The translations under genes and the position numbers were made by a program. Source: an uncultured Actinomycetota bacterium (GTDB taxonomy: Bacteria > Actinomycetota > Humimicrobiia > Humimicrobiales > Humimicrobiaceae). From it: a stretch of DNA of 64,000 bases. Location: contig CAZSVM010000010.1 of the NCBI GenBank assembly GCA_964610315.1, positions 18,762-82,761 on the forward strand, given 5' to 3'. Under the pieces are notes generated by a model. That model made no database searches. It saw nothing but the letters and a program-made list of their open reading frames with translations, and was not told where the DNA came from. This document shows positions 58,065 to 64,000 of this stretch, piece after piece (positions within the stretch are counted from its first letter, which is position 1; every line of letters starts with the position of its first letter).

Positions 58065-59199
58065 TTCTGATTTAAAAAAATTTCTGTCTGAGCTTAATAT
58101 AAAAGATTCGCTGAATATCGAAGAAGATCTGGGAGATGGGTACGTCAGGCTGAAAATTTCCGAAGCCGAAAGGAGACAGGCTCTTCAGGATATAAACTGT
58201 GTCGAAGATATAATAGTGGAGTTGTTAAGAAACAGCAGGGATGCAGGCAGCAAGAATATTTTTATCGGAACTAAAAAAATTGAAGATAAAAGAAGAAAAA
58301 TATATTTTGTGGATGATGGCTGCGGAATTCCTCCCAATCTTCAAAATCTTATTTTTCAGTCAAGGGTAACCTCCAAGCTGGACAATGGAATAAGGGATTC
58401 TTACGGATTTCATGGTCGGGGAATGGCTCTGTTTTCAATCAAGTTAAATGTAGATGAGATAAAGATAGTTTTTTCCGACCGGTTAAAAGGAGCCTCATTT
58501 TATGTAGATATAGATCTCCTGGAAATCACCGAAAAAAAGGATCAATCGGCAATACCGCAGATAATTAAAATGGATGGTGATTTGAGTATAATTGGCGGTG
58601 TAAACAATATAATAAAAACTATAATAGAGTTCCAGCTTCAGAACAGCGATATTAACTTCTTTTACGGGAGCCCAACCCAGATACTGGCTACTATGAGGGA
58701 GATTGTGAAAAAGAATGAGAATTACAATAATTATCCAAAATTTGACCAATGGGATAAGTTAATTGATTTTGTGCAAAAGAATAATATAAAAGTAACCAAA
58801 ATTCCGGTTCTTACCGATAACTATAATCTGATGGAAGTTGTTTCCAGAAATATATTTAATATGGATATATCTCAGAGAGGCATTCAAAGGATTATATATA
58901 ATGAGATCAAGGAACTGGAGCCATTAAAACTTACTGCAGACGGTAACCTGGAAGAACAAATAGAAAGCCGGCATGAAAATAAACCGGATAAAAAAAGGGA
59001 GAGTAAATTGACTCTTTATGATGAATCAAAACTGGCCGGCAGGTTTAAAGATGAAGAGATAAGATGTATAATTGATACCGTAGAAAACAAGATTAAAGAA
59101 CTGGGAAACAAATATTTCATTACTACTGGTAAAAATATAGAATGTAAGAAGGCAAATAATATTATAAAATTATCAATTGAATTGAAGCAAAAAGAATAA
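58054..59199 (+). CDS. GHL-family ATPase resembling the N-terminal ATPase domain of MutL (no C-terminal dimerisation/endonuclease domain), translationally coupled to rny
   Basis: Bergerat-fold motifs in MutL-like form: [16 protein letters not shown] (ELVENSLDAGA), DDGCGI (DNGCGI), [12 protein letters not shown] (GFRGEALASI). 381 aa. Start overlaps the rny stop by 11 nt. Confidence 0.55.
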   Translation: MQNSSDLKKFLSELNIKDSLNIEEDLGDGYVRLKISEAERRQALQDINCVEDIIVELLRNSRDAGSKNIFIGTKKIEDKRRKIYFVDDGCGIPPNLQNLIFQSRVTSKLDNGIRDSYGFHGRGMALFSIKLNVDEIKIVFSDRLKGASFYVDIDLLEITEKKDQSAIPQIIKMDGDLSIIGGVNNIIKTIIEFQLQNSDINFFYGSPTQILATMREIVKKNENYNNYPKFDQWDKLIDFVQKNNIKVTKIPVLTDNYNLMEVVSRNIFNMDISQRGIQRIIYNEIKELEPLKLTADGNLEEQIESRHENKPDKKRESKLTLYDESKLAGRFKDEEIRCIIDTVENKIKELGNKYFITTGKNIECKKANNIIKLSIELKQKE

Positions 59200-59224
59200 A
59201 AACTTAAAATAGCAAAAAAATAAC

Positions 59225-59497
59225 ATGAACGAAAATATCAAATTGCTCAAAGTATCTTCAAAATCAAAACCAAATTCAGTAGCAGGAGCTATAGCGGGAA
59301 TGATAAGAAGTAATAACAGAGTTAAAATACAGACCATAGGTGCGGGGGCTCTCAATCAGGCTATAAAAGGAATTGCCATAGCCAGAGGATTTATAGCTCC
59401 CACCGGTCAGGAATTAATATGCATACCCTATTTTAAAGATATAGAGGTTAATGGAGAAGTAAAAACTGCCATCGTGCTTACCATTGAATCCAAATAA
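59225..59497 (+). CDS. spoVS: stage V sporulation protein S homologue
   Basis: LKVSSKSKPNSVAGAIAGMIR...IQTIGAGALNQAIKGIAIARGFIAPTGQELICIPYF is near-identical in pattern to SpoVS. Confidence 0.85.
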   Translation: MNENIKLLKVSSKSKPNSVAGAIAGMIRSNNRVKIQTIGAGALNQAIKGIAIARGFIAPTGQELICIPYFKDIEVNGEVKTAIVLTIESK

Positions 59498-59580
59498 ATA
59501 TTCAATTATCATAATTATCATCAGTAAAACAAACCTTTTAAATTTACTTATATCTTTTTTGGTTAAGAATATTTACTATT

Positions 59581-60888
59581 ATGAAAGCGTATATTGAAAC
59601 ATTCGGCTGTCAGATGAATGAGAATGATTCGGAAAGAATCATATATCTTCTTGAGACTTCCGGTTATAAAAGAATTTATGATATGGAGGATTCCGACCTT
59701 ATTGTGCTTAACACCTGTACAGTGAGAGAAAAAGCTAAAAACAGACTATACGGACATATTGGAAATTTAAAAAAATTAAAAGAAAAAAATAAAAATATTT
59801 TAATCTGCATCGGTGGTTGTGCCGCACAGGATTTAAAGGAAAAGATAACAAACGATTTTCCTTTTGTGGATATTGTTTTTGGAACCCATAATATCCCGGA
59901 ACTTCCGGATCTGATAGGCAGAAGAACTTTAACTGGCAGGAGTATATGTTCGATCAAAAATAATGGTTTTGATCCCGATATCTTTAAGGTCAAAAGAGAA
60001 TATAACTTCAAAGCATTCGTTCCCATAACCATAGGCTGTGATAATTACTGCACGTACTGTATAGTCCCCATGGTAAGAGGAAATGAAAAATCTATAGAGC
60101 CGGAAATTATTGTAAAAAATGTTAAGGAGCTGGCAGCACAGGGAGTATTGGAAATAACACTGCTGGGGCAGAATGTAAACTCTTATGGAAAAAATCTTGA
60201 TCGATTCTGTAATTTTCCTCAGCTGCTGGGAAAAGTATCACTCATAGAAGGTTTGAAAAGAATAAGATTTATGACTTCTCATCCCAAGGATTTTTCCGAA
60301 AATCTTATCGATATTATTGAAAACAGAGAAAATATTGTAAAACATATCCACCTGCCCCTACAGGCCGGCTCTAATAAAGTTTTAAGGAGAATGAACCGGA
60401 ACTACACCAGGGAGGATTATCTGGATATTATAAAAAATATAAGAAAAAAAATTCCCCAATGTTCTATTACCACCGATATGATAGTAGGTTTTCCGGGAGA
60501 AGAAAGAAAGGATTTTTTGGAAACGCTGGATATGGTAAAAAGAGTCAGATTCAGCAGGGCTTTTACATTTATTTATTCACCTCGCAAGGGAACCGCTGCG
60601 GCAAAAATGAAAGATTATATACCGCCGGGTGAAAAGAGGAAATGGTTCAGAGAACTGCTGGAGACTCAAAATGGAATTTCTTATGAGGAGAATAAAAAGT
60701 TTGTGGACAGGAAATTCGAAGTATTGGTTGAAGGAAAGAGTACCAAAGATAACAGTATGCTGGAAGGAAGAATGGAAAACAACATTATTGTAAATTTTAA
60801 GGGCAGCAGCAAACTTATCGGAAAAATAATACCGGTTAAAGTAACCGGGGCTCGAACATTCTATCTTATGGGAGAACCAGTAGATTAA
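59581..60888 (+). CDS. miaB: tRNA (N6-isopentenyl adenosine(37)-C2)-methylthiotransferase
   Basis: UPF0004 N-domain (YIETFGCQMNENDSE), radical SAM CDNYCTYC, and TRAM domain. Confidence 0.9.
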   Translation: MKAYIETFGCQMNENDSERIIYLLETSGYKRIYDMEDSDLIVLNTCTVREKAKNRLYGHIGNLKKLKEKNKNILICIGGCAAQDLKEKITNDFPFVDIVFGTHNIPELPDLIGRRTLTGRSICSIKNNGFDPDIFKVKREYNFKAFVPITIGCDNYCTYCIVPMVRGNEKSIEPEIIVKNVKELAAQGVLEITLLGQNVNSYGKNLDRFCNFPQLLGKVSLIEGLKRIRFMTSHPKDFSENLIDIIENRENIVKHIHLPLQAGSNKVLRRMNRNYTREDYLDIIKNIRKKIPQCSITTDMIVGFPGEERKDFLETLDMVKRVRFSRAFTFIYSPRKGTAAAKMKDYIPPGEKRKWFRELLETQNGISYEENKKFVDRKFEVLVEGKSTKDNSMLEGRMENNIIVNFKGSSKLIGKIIPVKVTGARTFYLMGEPVD

Positions 60889-60891
60889 AAG

Positions 60892-61947
60892 ATGTCTGGA
60901 AGTATGAATAAAATGAGGAATAAAGAACTATCGGGAATTAAAAACCTTAAAAAATCATTAAGGAACCAAAACGTAGATTTGGATAAACTGTCCCGGGATC
61001 TGATAAATTCTAGAAAAGTTATGGTTGTATGCGGACCTACCAGCAGCGGTAAGAGCAAAATAGGGGTAATTATAGCAAAATTACTGAACACTGATATTAT
61101 ATCCATGGATTCCATGCAAGTTTACAGGGGAATGAATATAGGAACCGATAAGTATGATACCGGGAGTTATGATATAAAACAATATATGATCGATATCTTT
61201 GATCCGGACCATAATTTGAGTGTGGTAGAGTTTAAGGATATATGTGATGGAATAATAAGAGAAAAATTTTTTTCTTTAAATAAAATTCCCTTACTGGTAG
61301 GTGGTTCCGGCCTTTATATAAGAAGTGTAGTAAACGGCATCGATAATGTGCCCCAGGAGAGTAAGAAAATCAGGGAAGAATTAAAAGGGGGAATTGAAAG
61401 GGAAGGTATAAAAAAATATTATTTAAAATTAAAAATGGTCGATAAGGAGTATGCACAAAAAATAAGTGAAAATGACCGGAGGAGAATAATAAGGGCACTG
61501 GAAGTATATCAATTAACCGGTCTGCCTTTTTCCACCTTCCAAAATACCTGGAAGGATAAAAAACAAGCCTATGACGCAATACTGGTGGGCATTAAAATGG
61601 AGAGGAACAAGCTTTACCAGTGTGTTGAAAAGAGGGTGGAGAAGATGTTCAAAAACGGGCTGGTTAATGAAGTAAAAACATTAACCAGCAAAGGATTTAA
61701 AAATTGCCATAGTATAACCCAGGCAGTAGGCTACAGAGAAGTATCGAAGTATCTGGATGGAGAGATAACTCTTGAAAAATGTATAGATGAAGTTAAAAAA
61801 AATACCAGAAGGCTGGCAAAAAAACAGATAACCTGGTTCAACTCCGAACCGAAAATTAATTGGATAAGAGCAGATAATTATGATAACATTTTTAATTTAA
61901 CCGGTGATATTTTTAAAAAAATTGTTATGGACAGGGCAGATGAATAA
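60892..61947 (+). CDS. miaA: tRNA dimethylallyltransferase
   Basis: P-loop VVCGPTSSGKS, DSMQVYRGMNIGT, and downstream IPP-transferase motifs. About 40 aa lie N-terminal to the P-loop, so the true start may be ATG 60904 or 60913. Confidence 0.85.
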   Translation: MSGSMNKMRNKELSGIKNLKKSLRNQNVDLDKLSRDLINSRKVMVVCGPTSSGKSKIGVIIAKLLNTDIISMDSMQVYRGMNIGTDKYDTGSYDIKQYMIDIFDPDHNLSVVEFKDICDGIIREKFFSLNKIPLLVGGSGLYIRSVVNGIDNVPQESKKIREELKGGIEREGIKKYYLKLKMVDKEYAQKISENDRRRIIRALEVYQLTGLPFSTFQNTWKDKKQAYDAILVGIKMERNKLYQCVEKRVEKMFKNGLVNEVKTLTSKGFKNCHSITQAVGYREVSKYLDGEITLEKCIDEVKKNTRRLAKKQITWFNSEPKINWIRADNYDNIFNLTGDIFKKIVMDRADE

Positions 61948-62797
61948 AATTGAATTTTCAAAATTAAATGGTCAGGGCAATGATTTTATATTAATAGATG
62001 CCACCGTAAAGAAAATAAATCTGTCCAAAGACCAGATTGTGGAAATGTGCGACAGAAATTTCGGCATTGGAGCTGATGGACTCATATTGTTAAGAACATC
62101 TAGATTATCCGATTTAAAAATGGAGTATTACAATAAGGATGGCTCGGTTGCAGAAATGTGTGGAAACGGCATAAGATGTGTGGCCAGGTTTGCCTATGAA
62201 AAAAAATTGGTGAAAAATGAAAATATAGACATCGAAACAATTGCCGGAATAAAAAATATTTTTCTGGAGATTGAAAATAAAAAGGTTGGAAATATAAAAG
62301 TCAATATGGGTAGTCCTGAATTCAGGCCCGAAAATATTCCGGTTAAAATAAAAAATGAGGATGAAGTTTTTAACTATAAGATAAATATAGGTTCCAGAAA
62401 TTTTTATATAAATTGTGTATCCATAGGTAACCCTCACTGTGTTATTTTTCTGGAGGATGGTGAAAGCCTGGAAAATTTTCCGGTAAGTAAGTGGGGGCCG
62501 CTACTGGAAAATTGTCCTGTTTTTCCTAATAAAATAAACGTGGAATTTGTTAAGATTGAGAGCAGCCGGCAGTTGAATATGAGAGTATGGGAAAGGGGAG
62601 TAGGGGAGACGCTTGCCTGCGGTACTGGTGCCTGTGCAGCCGGAATCTGCACTCTCAAATTAAAAAAAATTAAGGGAAGTAAGGTAATAGTTAATCTGCC
62701 GGGAGGAAAATTAAATGTGCTGTGGAGTACTCCTGATTTAAATGTTTACCTGGAGGGTAAAGTGGATTATAAATTCGATGGGCTTTATTTTTTATAA
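61940..62797 (+). CDS. dapF: diaminopimelate epimerase
   Basis: MNKIEFSKLNGQGNDFILID N-terminus and both catalytic Cys contexts (EMCGNGIRC, LACGTGACA). Start at ATG 61940 overlapping the miaA stop. Confidence 0.85.
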   Translation: MNKIEFSKLNGQGNDFILIDATVKKINLSKDQIVEMCDRNFGIGADGLILLRTSRLSDLKMEYYNKDGSVAEMCGNGIRCVARFAYEKKLVKNENIDIETIAGIKNIFLEIENKKVGNIKVNMGSPEFRPENIPVKIKNEDEVFNYKINIGSRNFYINCVSIGNPHCVIFLEDGESLENFPVSKWGPLLENCPVFPNKINVEFVKIESSRQLNMRVWERGVGETLACGTGACAAGICTLKLKKIKGSKVIVNLPGGKLNVLWSTPDLNVYLEGKVDYKFDGLYFL

Positions 62798-62814
62798 AAA
62801 GAAAGAGGACCAAA

Positions 62815-63978
62815 ATGAATTTTGAAGAATCTGATAGATTGAAATATCTACCTCCTTACCTGTTTGCTGAAATTACTAAAATTATAGATAGAAAAAAAGA
62901 AGAAGGGGTTGATGTAATAAGTCTGGGTACAGGAGATCCTGATATGCCCACGCCGGTAGAAGTAATAAATACCTTATGCACCGAGGCAAACAATCCTGAA
63001 AATCACAGATATCCTTCAAGTTATGGTTTAAAGATATTCAATGAAGCGGTAGCAAAATTTTATTATGAAAGATTCAATGTAACTCTTAATCCTGATAAAG
63101 AGGTTATACCGCTTATGGGTTCCAAAGAGGGTATACCGGGTATGGCCTATACTTTTATAAATCCCGGCGATTATGCAATCGTACCGGACCCTTCGTATCT
63201 GGTTTTTAAAATAAGTACAATTTTTGCAGGAGGAATACCATATACTATACCCTTGAGAGAAGAAAAAAATTATTTATTCGATGTGAGCGAAATTAAACAG
63301 GATATAGCTGATAAGACAAAAATTTTATATTTTAATTATCCGAACAACCCCACCTCGGCAACCTGTGGAGTTGATTTTTTTGAAAAAGTAGCTTCTTTTG
63401 CCCATAAAAATAATATAATCGTCTGTCATGATAATGCATATTCAGACACTTACTGGGGTGAAAACAAGCCTATGAGTTTTTTAAATGCTGCTATTTCCAG
63501 AAATGTGGGAATAGAAATAAATTCACTTTCGAAGACATTTAATATGACCGGGTGGAGGATCGGATATGCAGTGGGCAACCAGGAAGTAATAGAGAGTCTG
63601 GGCAAATATAAGACTAATGTTGATTCCGGTATTTTTAACGCGGTTCAGTACGCCGCGGTTAAAGCACTGGATAATTATAACAAGTACACGGAGCATATCA
63701 ATGAAATTTATAATAATAGAAGAAATATGGTTAAAAAAATGCTGGATGGCCTGGGAATTGACTATTATGATTCCAATGCCACTATATATGTATGGGCAAA
63801 AGTTCCGGAAGGATTTACCTCCGGATCGTTTTCAAAAATGCTGCTGGAGAAAGCAAATGTAGTAGTAACTCCAGGCAGCGAATATGGAAAATTCGGGGAA
63901 GGTTTTTTTAGAATTTCGCTGACCATAAATGACAGCAGACTGGAAGAAGCTTTAAACAGAATAGGGAATACCTTATAA
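62815..63978 (+). CDS. dapL: LL-diaminopimelate aminotransferase (class I PLP aminotransferase, DapL-type)
   Basis: N-terminus LPPYLFAEITKIIDRKKEEGVDVISLGTGDPDMPTP is characteristic of DapL; PLP-Lys SLSKTFNMTGWR. Adjacent to dapF. Confidence 0.75.
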   Translation: MNFEESDRLKYLPPYLFAEITKIIDRKKEEGVDVISLGTGDPDMPTPVEVINTLCTEANNPENHRYPSSYGLKIFNEAVAKFYYERFNVTLNPDKEVIPLMGSKEGIPGMAYTFINPGDYAIVPDPSYLVFKISTIFAGGIPYTIPLREEKNYLFDVSEIKQDIADKTKILYFNYPNNPTSATCGVDFFEKVASFAHKNNIIVCHDNAYSDTYWGENKPMSFLNAAISRNVGIEINSLSKTFNMTGWRIGYAVGNQEVIESLGKYKTNVDSGIFNAVQYAAVKALDNYNKYTEHINEIYNNRRNMVKKMLDGLGIDYYDSNATIYVWAKVPEGFTSGSFSKMLLEKANVVVTPGSEYGKFGEGFFRISLTINDSRLEEALNRIGNTL

Positions 63979-64000
63979 AATGTTAAATACAGATTTTATA

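Overview
This 64 kb window is chromosomal DNA from an AT-rich bacterium, roughly one-third GC by eye. It is densely packed with housekeeping genes, almost all on the + strand. The lineage cannot be assigned from sequence alone. It looks like an anaerobe (ferredoxin:thioredoxin-reductase-like and rubredoxin proteins, radical SAM enzymes, HypA) with Gram-negative-type envelope features (Lnt, MacAB-like efflux) plus a SpoVS homologue. Recognisable content, 5' to 3': gpmI (5'-truncated by the window edge) and secG; an oppA-BCDF peptide ABC operon followed by an unusual circularly permuted SBP lipoprotein; tRNA-Leu(GAG); a TPR protein, a tautomerase and an orphan AmmeMemoRadiSam-type radical SAM enzyme; tRNA-Cys(GCA) beside an AT-rich ABC-2 exporter module; a PAS-(degenerate GGDEF)-HD-GYP c-di-GMP protein; a glutaredoxin-like plus FTR-like/rubredoxin pair; a LexA-box, dnaE-remnant, dinB SOS module; tRNA-Gly(GCC); thrS, an rSAM-SPASM gene, infC-rpmI-rplT-pheS-pheT; an MBL hydrolase; a MacAB-type tripartite efflux system; an OmpR/HK two-component pair; an NDT-family protein; lnt; a complete arginine operon argC-J-B-D-F-R-G-H; a U32 peptidase; a PASTA-tailed PBP1A; tyrS, hypA and a long non-coding leader; rny, a MutL-N-terminal-like GHL ATPase and spoVS; miaB-miaA-dapF-dapL. 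No CRISPR array, rRNA, transposase, integrase or phage structural genes were recognised. The most unusual items are flagged individually in findings: the permuted SBP, the rny-coupled MutL-N-like ATPase standing where ymdB sits in Bacillus, the decayed dnaE with a Cheo-type LexA box, the FTR-like/rubredoxin fusion, the rSAM inserted into the thrS-infC cluster, the degenerate-GGDEF/HD-GYP protein and the NDT-like singleton. All calls rest on reading the translated ORFs and the nucleotide sequence by eye; no database searches were run.
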